A program made the position numbers and the translations under genes. A stretch of 64,000 nt of DNA from Candidatus Eiseniibacteriota bacterium (GTDB lineage Bacteria > Eisenbacteria > RBG-16-71-46 > CAZAMP01). A model generated the notes under the pieces. It did not search any database. It was not told the origin of the DNA and saw only the letters and a program-made list of their open reading frames with translations. Positions 9,232-18,502 of the stretch are shown here, piece after piece (the stretch's first letter is position 1; the number at the start of each line of letters is the position of its first letter). The DNA is taken from assembly GCA_965224245.1 (NCBI GenBank), contig OZ245046.1, positions 3,040,001 through 3,104,000 of the forward strand, in the 5' to 3' direction.

Positions 9232-9247
9232 GGGGGGGGGGGGGGGG
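9232..9247. repeat. G16 homopolymer
   Basis: 16 consecutive G. Confidence 0.9.
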
Positions 9248-9287
9248 CGCCCCGGGGACGCCCTCCGCCGGCCGCGACGGACGATGC

Positions 9288-9364
9288 TGGTGGGCGAAAC
9301 AGGGCTCGAACCTGTGACCCCCTGCTTGTAAGGCAGGTGCTCTGACCAGCTGAGCTATTCGCCC
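9288..9364 (-). tRNA. tRNA-Val (TAC)
   Basis: GGGCGAATAGCTCAGCTGGTCAGAGCACCTGCCTTACAAGCAGGGGGTCACAGGTTCGAGCCCTGTTTCGCCCACCA: cloverleaf, TAC anticodon, GTTCGA T-loop, encoded CCA. Confidence 0.97.
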
Positions 9365-9429
9365 GAATGCGTCACGTGTCGGATGAGCCGGGGCCGCTTC
9401 CCGGGGCCCCGGGCCCCAGGGGAAGATGA

Positions 9430-9678
9430 TCACCGTTTCAGAATGGCCAGCGGAACCAGCACCAGGTACCCGGCCACGAGGAGAATCGGCGCGAGGGTGA
9501 TGTCGTTCTGCGACAGCAGCACGAACCCGAGCGCGATCACGGCCAGCGCGACCCCGAAGAGCACGTAGTTCTTCCGCGCGAAGGCGGGGCCTTCGATCGT
9601 CCGCGCCGCCGCCTGGGGTGAGCGCGGCTCCGGACCGGTGGCGGCCGCCTCAGGTGCGGCCGGTCGCGTCTTCGTCAT
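9430..9678 (-). CDS. DUF3098-like small membrane protein
   Basis: FARKNYVLFGVALAVIALGFVLL...ITLAPILLVAGYLVLVPLAIL two-TM pattern. Confidence 0.75.
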   Translation of the reverse strand: MTKTRPAAPEAAATGPEPRSPQAAARTIEGPAFARKNYVLFGVALAVIALGFVLLSQNDITLAPILLVAGYLVLVPLAILKR

Positions 9679-10537
9679 GGCTAAGTGCTCTCCCACCTTT
9701 ACGATACCCGCCGAGATCCAGCGTCACCCAATCGTACCCGAGCCGGGTCAGCTCGGCAACGACCTCCTCGCGCGCGGCCAGGATCCGGGACATCTCGGCC
9801 GGATCGGCCTCGATTCGCGCGGTCCGGTCGTGGTGACGGACCCGGACGTGTCGGACCCCGATCCGCTTCAACACCGCCTCGGCCGCCTCGACCCGACCGA
9901 GCCGCTCGGCGGTCACGGGGATCCCGGTGGCGATGCGAGAGGCCAGGCACGCCGCCTCCGGCTTGTCCCACGTCGAGAGCGTCATCTCTCGCGAGAGGTG
10001 CCGGATCTCGCGCTTGGTGAGCCCGACCTCGCGAAGCGGGCTCCGGACGTCCAGGTTCGAAGCCGCGGTCATCCCGGGGCGGTCGTCCCCGACGTCCGAC
10101 GCGTTGGTTCCGTCCACGACCGTGGCGCCGGGAACGTCCCGGGTCGCCTCGCGGATCCGCTCGTACAGCTCCGTCTTGCAAAAGAAGCAGCGGTCGCCCG
10201 CGTTGCGCACGTACCCGTCCACGTCGAGCTCGTGGGTGGCGACCCGTCGCGCGGGCACACCGAGGCGCTCGGCGAACGCGGTGGCTTCGGCGAGCTCGGC
10301 GGCGGCGAGGCTCGCCGAGACGCCGATGGCACCGACGACCGGCGGCGGCTCACGCGTCACGGCATCCGGGCCGACCGCTTCGGCCGCGGCCGCGAGCAGG
10401 AAGCTGGAATCGACCCCACCGGAGAGGGCCACCACGACCGGCGCCAGCTCGGCGAGTCGCGCCTTGAGGGCCGTGTACTTGGCCCCCGCGGCGGCGATCT
10501 CCGCTGCCGAAAGGGCCCTCGAGACGGTCGAGGTCAC
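9650..10537 (-). CDS. larE: LarE-family ATP-dependent sulfur transferase (PP-loop)
   Basis: ALSGGVDSS, DRCFFCK, DGTNASD..DDRPG, WDKPEAACLASR, VRVRHH; GTG start at 10537. Confidence 0.9.
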   Translation of the reverse strand: MTSTVSRALSAAEIAAAGAKYTALKARLAELAPVVVALSGGVDSSFLLAAAAEAVGPDAVTREPPPVVGAIGVSASLAAAELAEATAFAERLGVPARRVATHELDVDGYVRNAGDRCFFCKTELYERIREATRDVPGATVVDGTNASDVGDDRPGMTAASNLDVRSPLREVGLTKREIRHLSREMTLSTWDKPEAACLASRIATGIPVTAERLGRVEAAEAVLKRIGVRHVRVRHHDRTARIEADPAEMSRILAAREEVVAELTRLGYDWVTLDLGGYRKGGRALSHDEDATGRT

Positions 10538-10560
10538 GTGCGTCCGTTCCTCTCCGAGGG

Positions 10561-11559
10561 TCACTCCGAGCGAGCCCGGCGAAGGCGTCGCCGGGCGGCG
10601 ACGTGCTCGTCGAACGTCTCGGTGAAGATGTGGGTTCCGTCGGTCGATGCGACGAAGAACAGCGCCCGCGAATCGGGGTCCGGCCACAGCGCCGCATCCA
10701 CGGCGGCGTCGCCGGGGTTCCCGATCGGACCGGGCGGCAGCCCGTACGACGTGTAGGTATTGTAAGGCCCCGGGTCGGTCAGCTCCTCGCGCGATGGGCC
10801 TCGGCCCCGGACGCGCCGCCCGTACAGGAGCGTGGGGTCCGCCTGGAGCATCATGCCTCGCTTCAAGCGACGGTGGTAGACGGCACTCACCAGCGGTCGC
10901 TCCGACGGCACGCGGGTCTCCGCCTCCACGATGCTGGCCAGCGTGAGGACCTCGTGGCGGCTCAGGCCGAGGCTGTCCGCGCGCGCGGCCCGCTCGGGCG
11001 TCCAGCGTTGCTCCGAGGCCTCGAGGAGGCGCTCGACCACGTCGCCCGCGGACTCCGATCCCTCGAAGTCGTACGTGTCGGGGTGAAGGTATCCCTCCGG
11101 GTCGGTCGCCGGGATCCCGAACCGGGACAGACGGTGCCGGTCGGCCGCCGCCGCGACGACCTCGTCCGCCGTGACGTCCAGCGAATCGGCGATCACCTGG
11201 GCGATCTCGGTCAGCCAGAGCCCCTCGGGAATGACGACCCGCACCGGAAACGTCTCGCCCCCGGCCAGCATCTCGATCACCCGGGGCGTCGAGTACGACG
11301 GACTCAGGCGGTAGCGACCGGCCCGCAACGACTGCGCACGACCGGTGAGCCGGGCCCACGCCTGGAACGCCCGCGCGTCTCGCACGAGTCCATCATCGGC
11401 CAGGAGCCGCGCGATGCGGCCCGACGAGGACCCGGCCGGCACCAGCACGTCGCGATGGACGTCGCTGCCGCGGTCCACCGGCGAGAGCCGCCACCCCCCC
11501 AGCGCCAGCACCCCCACGAGGAGCGCGAGACCGCCCCAGACGGCGATTGGCCTCGGCAT
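10561..11559 (-). CDS. mltG: Endolytic transglycosylase MltG
   Basis: N-terminal TM, IPEG, EGYLHPDTY, LASIVEAE, LQADPT, PYNTY..GLPPGPIGNPG. Confidence 0.95.
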   Translation of the reverse strand: MPRPIAVWGGLALLVGVLALGGWRLSPVDRGSDVHRDVLVPAGSSSGRIARLLADDGLVRDARAFQAWARLTGRAQSLRAGRYRLSPSYSTPRVIEMLAGGETFPVRVVIPEGLWLTEIAQVIADSLDVTADEVVAAAADRHRLSRFGIPATDPEGYLHPDTYDFEGSESAGDVVERLLEASEQRWTPERAARADSLGLSRHEVLTLASIVEAETRVPSERPLVSAVYHRRLKRGMMLQADPTLLYGRRVRGRGPSREELTDPGPYNTYTSYGLPPGPIGNPGDAAVDAALWPDPDSRALFFVASTDGTHIFTETFDEHVAARRRLRRARSE

Positions 11560-11981
11560 CAGTCGCTCGGCCCGGTGGCACGGGGTCCATCCAGGTAGGC
11601 CTGGAGGATGACGGCAGCCGCGACGGCATCGATGCCGGCCTTGGCGCCGGAGCCGGGAACGGTGTTCATCAGGGATTCGGCCTCGAGGGTGGTGGCGAAC
11701 TCGTCCTGGAGGATCACGGTAACACCGGTTCGCCGGGACAGCACCCCGGCGAAGCGCTCGACGCGCCGGGCGGCGTCGGTGACCTCGCCGGTCTCGGAAA
11801 GGGGATGTCCCAGGACGACGAGCTCGAACGCGTGGTCGCGGACGAGAGCCGTGAGCCGGCGCAGCGCATCGTCTCGACCGGAGACCGCGAGCGTGCGCCA
11901 GGCGTCCGCCAGCCGCCCGTCGTCGGTGGCCCTGGCCAGCCCGACGCGGCGGCGCCCGAAGTCCACGCCCAGGATCTTCAC
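11559..11981 (-). CDS. ruvX: RuvX/YqgF pre-16S rRNA nuclease
   Basis: ILGVDFGRRRVGLA, VLGHP, QDEFATT, IDAVAAAVILQAYL. Confidence 0.93.
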   Translation of the reverse strand: MKILGVDFGRRRVGLARATDDGRLADAWRTLAVSGRDDALRRLTALVRDHAFELVVLGHPLSETGEVTDAARRVERFAGVLSRRTGVTVILQDEFATTLEAESLMNTVPGSGAKAGIDAVAAAVILQAYLDGPRATGPSD

Positions 11982-11983
11982 GC

Positions 11984-12427
11984 TCAGGAGCCCTCGGCCT
12001 CCTGACCGGGGCGTTTCTTGAAGAGTCGTACCTCGGTCCCGCCGTCCGGCCCGAACTCGAACTGCACGTCGTCCATGAAGCTGCGCATCAGGAAGATTCC
12101 CCGGCCGCGCGAGTCCAGGAGATCGGGCCCCTCGTCGATCGTCTCGGTGGTGTCGAGGTCGAAGCCCGGTCCGCCGTCACGAACCCGAACGCACACCTCG
12201 TCGGAGCGGATCTCGAAGTGGAACTCGACCGGCGCGCTGCCGTTGCCCCCCGATCCGTGCTGGATGGCATTCGTGCCGGCCTCGATGACGGCGATCGCGA
12301 GCGCGTCGACGACCTCCTCCTCGAGATCCAGATAATCTCCGAGCTCGGAGATCGTGTGGTTGAGGATGCCGAGAAAGTCGAGGCGACTCGGCACCGTGAT
12401 GCTGATCGACTCGGCGGTACCGGGCAT
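11984..12427 (-). CDS. RsbW-like anti-sigma factor (HATPase)
   Basis: AVIEAGTNAIQHG, VRDGGPGFD, RGRGIFLMRSFMDDV. Confidence 0.88.
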   Translation of the reverse strand: MPGTAESISITVPSRLDFLGILNHTISELGDYLDLEEEVVDALAIAVIEAGTNAIQHGSGGNGSAPVEFHFEIRSDEVCVRVRDGGPGFDLDTTETIDEGPDLLDSRGRGIFLMRSFMDDVQFEFGPDGGTEVRLFKKRPGQEAEGS

Positions 12428-12432
12428 GTCGC

Positions 12433-12774
12433 TCAGTCGCCGAAGCGCCCCAGCGCTTCGGCCTCGTCGTTGTACGACTCGAAGATCGTGTTCAGCTTGG
12501 TGACCATGAGGATACTCTCGATGCGTTTCGAGACGTTGAGCAGGCGCAGCATCCCACCCTCGCGCTTGAGCGTGGTGTAGTTCGCGATCAGGATTCCGAG
12601 CCCGGTGGAGTTCACCCACGACACCTTCCCGAGATCGACGAGCACGTTCTTCTGCCCGGCATCGATCGACTCGCGAATGGCGGTGTGAATCGAGTCCGCA
12701 TCGGGGCCGCCCATCAGCTTGCCCTCGAGGCGCAGGATCACGACGCCGTCCTGCTCGTCACGCTTGATCTTCAT
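12433..12774 (-). CDS. STAS anti-sigma factor antagonist (RsbV-like)
   Basis: VDLGKVSWVNSTGLGIL phospho-acceptor motif; 113 aa. Confidence 0.9.
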   Translation of the reverse strand: MKIKRDEQDGVVILRLEGKLMGGPDADSIHTAIRESIDAGQKNVLVDLGKVSWVNSTGLGILIANYTTLKREGGMLRLLNVSKRIESILMVTKLNTIFESYNDEAEALGRFGD

Positions 12775-13810
12775 TCGACCCTCCATGGACGCCGGCACCG
12801 CGGTCGGTGTTCGCGCGGTCGTCGGCGATCGCACCCGATTCCCCGAGCGCCGCCACCAGGGCCGAGAAGTCGGCCGGAAGCGGCGCTTCGACGTGCACGT
12901 GCTCGTTCGTGAGGGGATGCTCGAACGTGAGGCTCCAGGCGTGGAGCGCCTGCCGTGTCATGCGGGACAACAGCCGACGACCCTCGCGTCGCGCCGGACC
13001 GGACACCTTCTGGAGCTGAGTCGACCGTCCCCCATACGTCGGATCCCCGAAGACGGGGCGTCCCTCGCTGGCCAAATGCACACGAATCTGGTGCGTTCGA
13101 CCGGTTTCCAATGTTAGTTCAACGTCGGAAACGAAGTCAAACCACTGAATTGTACGGTAGTGCGTGATCGCGGGTTTCCCCACGTCCGTTCGCACCGCCA
13201 TTCGCGTCCGGTGGTGCCGATCGCGGCCGATCGGCGCATCGACGATGCCCTCGCGCTCGAGATGCCCCCAGGCGATCGCGCGGTAGCGGCGGACCAGCGT
13301 TCGCGCCTTCAGCGCGGCCACGAGTCCGAGATAGGCCTCGTGCACCTTCGCCGCCACGATGAGCCCGCTGGTTCCCCTGTCCAGCCGGTGAACCAGACCG
13401 GGTCGCGCCACGCCACCGACGCCCCGGATCGACGGGCAGTGGTGCACGAGCCCGTTGACCAGCGTCCCTCGCCGAACGCCGGCGCCGGGGTGCACCACCA
13501 GCCCCGCAGGCTTGTCGACGACGATCAGCGCGTCGTCCTCGTACAGGACCGCCAGGTTCAGATCCTCGGGCTCGATGTGGCTGGGGGCCGGCTCCGGCAG
13601 CTCGATCTCGACCACGGATCCGGCCGAGACGGCGTAGCTCGCCTTTCGGCGCCGCCCGTCCACGAGCACGTGTCCCTCGTCGACGAGCCTCCGGATCCGG
13701 GACCGCGTGATCCCGAGCGCATCGGTCAGCACCCGGTCCAGCCGATCACCGTGCCGGTCGGCCGGGACCTCGACCCGTCTCGACTCGCCTCCCCGCTCAC
13801 CCCGGGTCAT
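12758..13810 (-). CDS. rluD: RluA/RluD-family 23S rRNA pseudouridine synthase
   Basis: S4 domain RLD, DKPAGLVVHPG, VHRLDRGTSG, TGRTHQIRVH, QALHA. Confidence 0.93.
   Translation of the reverse strand: MTRGERGGESRRVEVPADRHGDRLDRVLTDALGITRSRIRRLVDEGHVLVDGRRRKASYAVSAGSVVEIELPEPAPSHIEPEDLNLAVLYEDDALIVVDKPAGLVVHPGAGVRRGTLVNGLVHHCPSIRGVGGVARPGLVHRLDRGTSGLIVAAKVHEAYLGLVAALKARTLVRRYRAIAWGHLEREGIVDAPIGRDRHHRTRMAVRTDVGKPAITHYRTIQWFDFVSDVELTLETGRTHQIRVHLASEGRPVFGDPTYGGRSTQLQKVSGPARREGRRLLSRMTRQALHAWSLTFEHPLTNEHVHVEAPLPADFSALVAALGESGAIADDRANTDRGAGVHGGSNEDQA
13111..13140 (-). promoter_or_regulatory. Putative internal sigma70 promoter within rluD
   Basis: TTGACT-18nt-TAACAT inside a local AT-rich patch of the coding sequence. 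Confidence 0.45.
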
Positions 13811-14390
13811 CGGTGTCCCCCTGGGCCGACGCGTCGCCGTCGAGCGCGGCCGGGCGCCGGTTCACCGACAGAAGCAGCAGGATCACGCCCCCGGTGACCC
13901 CCGCGTCGGCCACGTTGAACGTCGGCCACCGATGGATCCCCACGCCGACGTCGATGAAGTCGACGACCTCGCCCAGCCGCACGCGGTCGTGGAGGTTGCC
14001 GAGCGCACCGCCCAGCACCAGGCCGAGCGCCAGCGCGTCCGACCGGCGCCGGCGAGAGCGAAAGGCCAGGATCAGGATCGCGACCACCGCGATCGTGGAC
14101 ACGACCGCGAAGTACGTCGCGTTTCCCGGCAACAGCCCGAAGAGACCGCCCGAGTTTCGGATGTGCCGGAACCGGAGGCCGTCGCCGAGGACCTGGATGC
14201 CGGGGCCGCCGGGCTCGAGGTTCGTGTTGACGACCGCCTTCGTCACCAGGTCCAGCCCGACCACGAGCACCGCGGCCAGCCAGAAGACGAGCGCGGGCGC
14301 TCCGCCGACTGGCCCGTCTCGCGGGGGCGCGGCGCGAGATGCCGCGGCGTCGGAGGCCGCAGCGGGGCGAGACCCGGGAGCCTCGGTCAC
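13797..14390 (-). CDS. lspA: Lipoprotein signal peptidase II
   Basis: DLVTK, RNSGGLFG, GGALGNLHDR, VVDFID, WPTFNVADAG. Confidence 0.94.
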   Translation of the reverse strand: MTEAPGSRPAAASDAAASRAAPPRDGPVGGAPALVFWLAAVLVVGLDLVTKAVVNTNLEPGGPGIQVLGDGLRFRHIRNSGGLFGLLPGNATYFAVVSTIAVVAILILAFRSRRRRSDALALGLVLGGALGNLHDRVRLGEVVDFIDVGVGIHRWPTFNVADAGVTGGVILLLLSVNRRPAALDGDASAQGDTDDPG

Positions 14391-15208
14391 AGCTCCGCGA
14401 TCGCGCGGGCGACCAGACGCGTGAGCTTCGGCTCCGCGCCCGCGGCGACCGCCAGGATGCGCGCGATGTCGACCGGCTCGAGCGTATCGGGCAGGCACAC
14501 GTCCGTGACCACCCCGAACGCCAGCACACGCATGCCCGCATGAGCCGCGACGATGCACTCGGGCACCGTGGACATGCCCACGATGTCGGCGCCGATCGCG
14601 CGGAGGAACCGGTACTCGGCACGCGTCTCGAGGTTGGGACCGGCCACGGCCACCAGCACGCCGTTCTCGATGCGGATCTTCTCCTCGATCGCGATGTCCC
14701 GGACCTTGGCCTTGAGCTCCGCGCAGTACGCGTCGGACATGTCCGGGAAGCGCGGCCCCAGCGAGTCGTCGTTCGGGCCGATGAGCGGATTGTCGCCCAT
14801 CAGGTTGATGTGGTCGTCGATCAGGACGATGCTGCCCAGCGGATGGAGCGGGTTCATCCCTCCGACCGCGCTGTTGAGGATCAGCGTCTCGGCGCCGAGC
14901 GCGTGCATCACGCGCACGCCGAACGTGACCTCGGCCATCGAATGACCCTCGTAGTAGTGCACGCGACCGCGCATCACGACGACCGGGCGATCGGACACAC
15001 GCCCGATGATCATCTGCCCCGCGTGGCTCTCGACCCCGGTCGTCGGCAGGTGCGGGATGTCCGCGTAGTCGATGGCCACCGGATCCTCGATCACGCCGGA
15101 CAGATCACCCAGACCCGTTCCGAGCACAATCGCGGCGACCGGTTTCACGTCGGTGACGCGGCGCACGGCGGCGACCGCGTCGTCGATCTGGGCTCGCAGA
15201 GCAGTCAT
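14387..15208 (-). CDS. punA: Purine nucleoside phosphorylase (trimeric PNP family)
   Basis: VLGTGLG, GRVHYYEG, DHIN, GPNLETRAE, VGMSTVPE. Confidence 0.92.
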   Translation of the reverse strand: MTALRAQIDDAVAAVRRVTDVKPVAAIVLGTGLGDLSGVIEDPVAIDYADIPHLPTTGVESHAGQMIIGRVSDRPVVVMRGRVHYYEGHSMAEVTFGVRVMHALGAETLILNSAVGGMNPLHPLGSIVLIDDHINLMGDNPLIGPNDDSLGPRFPDMSDAYCAELKAKVRDIAIEEKIRIENGVLVAVAGPNLETRAEYRFLRAIGADIVGMSTVPECIVAAHAGMRVLAFGVVTDVCLPDTLEPVDIARILAVAAGAEPKLTRLVARAIAEL

Positions 15209-15284
15209 CGGATCCGGACCTCGTGACGGGTGGTGGATGCGTCGCTCCAGCCGGCACGGCCGTACCGGCGGTCGGACGTCGCGC

Positions 15285-15932
15285 TCATCGATCGGATTCC
15301 TCCGACCCGAGGCCGAGGAAGTCCTCGGCCAGCGGGGCATCGGTCGCGCCCTCGCCCACCGCCCGGACCGCGCGAGACCCCGAGACCTCGGCCAGCGATG
15401 GTGTGGCGTCGTCCCCGCGATCGATCGGGGCGTACCGATCGGCGATCTGGTGGGCGGACTGGGCCAGCTCGCCGATGTCGTCGTCGCCATCGTGCTGGGA
15501 GAGCAGCTCGAGCTGCATGTTGACCAGCGACCGGAAGCGGTGAACGAAGACGTCCTTTCGCTTCTGAAGCTCGTCGATCTCCTCGGAGAGCTGCCGCAGA
15601 CGCGCACGCGCGTCGTCGAGCACGCGCTCGGCGCGGAGGTGCGCCTTGTGGATGATCAGCTCGCTCTCGCGGTGCGCGTGATCCTCGCTCTCGGTGCTGA
15701 TCTTCTCGGCGTGGACGAGCGTTCGCCGCAGCGTCTCCTCCATCGCCTTGTACTCGGTGAGGTCCCGATCACTGGAGTTCACGCGGTCCTTCAGTGCCGT
15801 GTTCTCGCGCTTGATCTCCTCCATCTCGTTGGCGACGAGATTGAGGAAATCCTGAACCTCCTCGGGATCCACGCCCCCGAGGCGCTTTCGCGCGAACGTG
15901 TGCTTTCGGATTTCCAGCGGCGTGAGTCTCAC
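15285..15932 (-). CDS. DivIVA domain protein
   Basis: LTPLEIRKHTF...GVDPEEVQDFL followed by coiled coil. Confidence 0.9.
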   Translation of the reverse strand: MRLTPLEIRKHTFARKRLGGVDPEEVQDFLNLVANEMEEIKRENTALKDRVNSSDRDLTEYKAMEETLRRTLVHAEKISTESEDHAHRESELIIHKAHLRAERVLDDARARLRQLSEEIDELQKRKDVFVHRFRSLVNMQLELLSQHDGDDDIGELAQSAHQIADRYAPIDRGDDATPSLAEVSGSRAVRAVGEGATDAPLAEDFLGLGSEESDR

Positions 15933-15948
15933 CGAGATACTCCTTGCC

Positions 15949-16647
15949 CTATGCCTGACGAGACGCGCGCGGCCCGCAGATCGCCGATCCCACGCGCACC
16001 ATCGTGGCTCCCTCTTCGATGGCGATCTCGAAGTCGCCGCTCATTCCCATGCTGAGCTCGCGGAGCGGCGCCCCGGGCAGCGCGGCGCGAGCCCGCGGGA
16101 GCAGCTCGCGCAGCGTCACGAACGAACGCCGGGCGCCCTCGTCGCCCCCCTCGAGTGGACCGATCGTCATCAGCCCGTCGACCGACAGGTGCGAGCATCG
16201 TCCGGCGGCGGCCGCGAGCGCGTCGAACGCGTCGACGGACGTGCCGTGCTTGGTCGCGTCACCGGACGTGTTGACCTCGAGCAGCACCCGCTGAATCTTG
16301 CCCGCCGCCTCCGCCCGACGATCCACGGCCTCGGCGAGGCGCGCGGAGTCGATCGAGTGGATGAGGTCGAACATCTCGACCGCCCGACCCGCCTTGTTCG
16401 TCTGCAGGTGGCCGATCAGATGCAGCGTGGCGCGACCCCGCAGCACGGGCCACTTCTCGCGCGCCTCCTGCACCCGGCTCTCGCCGACGTCGACGGCTCC
16501 CGCCCCGATCGCCTCGACCGCGACCGAGACGTCGAACCCCTTGGTCACGACGATCAGGCGCACGTCGTGGGGGTCGCGTCTCGCACGGCGACACGCCCGG
16601 TGCATCCGATCGCGCACGCGACCCAGATTGTCGGCGATGTGGGACAT
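15949..16647 (-). CDS. yggS: YggS PLP homeostasis protein
   Basis: LIVVTK, GESRVQE, HLIGHLQTNK, LSMGMSGDFEIAIEEGATMVRVGS. Confidence 0.95.
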   Translation of the reverse strand: MSHIADNLGRVRDRMHRACRRARRDPHDVRLIVVTKGFDVSVAVEAIGAGAVDVGESRVQEAREKWPVLRGRATLHLIGHLQTNKAGRAVEMFDLIHSIDSARLAEAVDRRAEAAGKIQRVLLEVNTSGDATKHGTSVDAFDALAAAAGRCSHLSVDGLMTIGPLEGGDEGARRSFVTLRELLPRARAALPGAPLRELSMGMSGDFEIAIEEGATMVRVGSAICGPRASRQA

Positions 16648-16845
16648 GATCGTCCACGATCCGAGAGGTGCCCTGCATCGTCCGGACGACGACGTCGAGA
16701 CGAGCGGCCGTCGGTCGAGCGGCGGAAGGATATCGGCCCGCGTTCGAGCCCAGCAAGGGAAAGATCGGTGGCTCACGCCGGCCGCGCCCGCACGGGGCCG
16801 CGGCCACGCGCGGCACCCGAGGACGGCCCGTCCGCAACGGCGCCG

Positions 16846-17640
16846 CTACTCCCGGGTCAGTACCAGGTTTCCCGACTCGTATCGCCGGAGCCCCGCACGA
16901 AACAGCAGCCCGGCCAGCCCGACCGAGACCATCGTGAACACGGCGAGCAGCGCAAACGTCGGCCACGAGAACTCGTGAATCAGGGTGACCGGCACGTAGG
17001 CCACGAACCCGGCCGGGATCACGGTGAAGAGCACGACCTTGATCGCGCCCCGGAAGATCACGGTGGGATAGGTCGAGAAGTTGATGAGCGCCCCCGAGAG
17101 CTGCGCCGCCAGGGCCTCGGCGTTTCCGAGGAAGAACGCGAGGCTCTGAGTGGCCACGCCGAACGACACGAAGATCGTGGCCGTCGTCAGCACGGTGACC
17201 CCGAACAGGATCCAGCCTTGCGGATCGGGGCGCACGATCCAGGCGAAGCCGATCACGCCGAACAGCACGTCGCCGGGAGCGGTGATGCTCATGCGGCTGA
17301 TCAGCAGGTGAGGCAGCACCGGCTTCGGCTGCGCGAGATAGAAGTCGAGCTCCCCGCGCATGATGGCCGTCGCCACCCGAAACAGGTTCCCGCAGAGCGT
17401 GGTGGCCACGCCGAAGCCCGCGGCGACGACGGCCCACAGCGTGACGATCTCGTCCCGCCCCCAGCCCTCGACCAGCGGGAACCGATCGAAGTACGCCAGC
17501 CAGAACACGAGCCACATCGCGTCGTTCAGCATCATCGCGAACACCTGGGTGAAGAACGACACGCGATACTCGAGCGCGCTCTGGACGTTGGCCCTGAGGT
17601 ACGCGCCAGCGAACCGGAGGAGATCACCCGCCTTGCGCAC
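16846..17640 (-). CDS. ABC-2 family permease (DUF990-like)
   Basis: ALEYRVSF, GELDFYLAQP, YPTVIF, GLRRYESG. Confidence 0.88.
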   Translation of the reverse strand: MRKAGDLLRFAGAYLRANVQSALEYRVSFFTQVFAMMLNDAMWLVFWLAYFDRFPLVEGWGRDEIVTLWAVVAAGFGVATTLCGNLFRVATAIMRGELDFYLAQPKPVLPHLLISRMSITAPGDVLFGVIGFAWIVRPDPQGWILFGVTVLTTATIFVSFGVATQSLAFFLGNAEALAAQLSGALINFSTYPTVIFRGAIKVVLFTVIPAGFVAYVPVTLIHEFSWPTFALLAVFTMVSVGLAGLLFRAGLRRYESGNLVLTRE

Positions 17641-18502
17641 TGACCCTCCTCGATCCCCGCGAGTAGATCGCGAGCAGCAGCACGAGACCGACGCCGCCGA
17701 AGAGAGCCTGCATCGCGAACACGGACGGTGCGCCGCTCGCGTCGGTGCTCAGGAACAGGCGGCTGGGCTGGTACAGGATGTACTGGAACGGCAGCGCCCT
17801 CGCGACGCGCTCCAGCCACTCGGGGTAGGCATCGAGCGGGATCATCAGCCCGCCGAGCAGCATGATGAAGCGGCGGAGCAGCAGATGGAGTCCGAAGGTG
17901 TCCTCGATCCAGAACGACGTCAGCGAGACCGAGAACGTCCAGAGCCAGTCGACCACGAACGCCAGGAGCGCGGCCGCCAGCGCCGCCGCGACGCCGATCG
18001 GGGACAGCGGGACGCCGCCGACGACGAGCGCGGCCACCGCACAGCCGATCGCCAGGTTCAGACCGAAGCGCACGAGCCGCTCACCGAGGTAGGTCCCCAG
18101 GTGAAAGAGCGGGTACGCGATCGGTCGGGCCAGCCGATACGCCAGCTCGCCGGAGCGGACCTCTCGATCCACGCCGACCTCTCCCACGCTCGGCCCGGAC
18201 AGGACGATCGCCTCGGTGAACGCGAGGTACCAGATCAGCTGCGCGATCGAGAAGCCCGTGAGCGCCGTCACGTCCTGTGATCGGTTGGTGGCGCTCCAGA
18301 GCTGCGTGAACGTGTACAGGATCAGGCCGAGGAAGATCGTGCGGGTCACGAACTCGCCCAGGTACGTCAGACGGGACGCCAGCGTCACCCGGATGATCGC
18401 CACCAGCTTGGACACCGTCGCGCCGAGCCCCCCCGGCTCGCGGAGCGGCGCGTCGAACGTCCGGAGCCGTGGCCGCCCGGGCGATGGGTCGTGGCCGGTC
18501 AT
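17624..18502 (-). CDS. ABC-2 family permease
   Basis: VRSGELAYRLARP, GGLMIPLDAYP, LPF, C-terminal QGG. Confidence 0.88.
   Translation of the reverse strand: MTGHDPSPGRPRLRTFDAPLREPGGLGATVSKLVAIIRVTLASRLTYLGEFVTRTIFLGLILYTFTQLWSATNRSQDVTALTGFSIAQLIWYLAFTEAIVLSGPSVGEVGVDREVRSGELAYRLARPIAYPLFHLGTYLGERLVRFGLNLAIGCAVAALVVGGVPLSPIGVAAALAAALLAFVVDWLWTFSVSLTSFWIEDTFGLHLLLRRFIMLLGGLMIPLDAYPEWLERVARALPFQYILYQPSRLFLSTDASGAPSVFAMQALFGGVGLVLLLAIYSRGSRRVSAQGG

Noticed and set aside
9288-9364. tRNA as a genomic island attachment site
   Set aside because: No integrase and no duplicated tRNA 3' end seen in the window.
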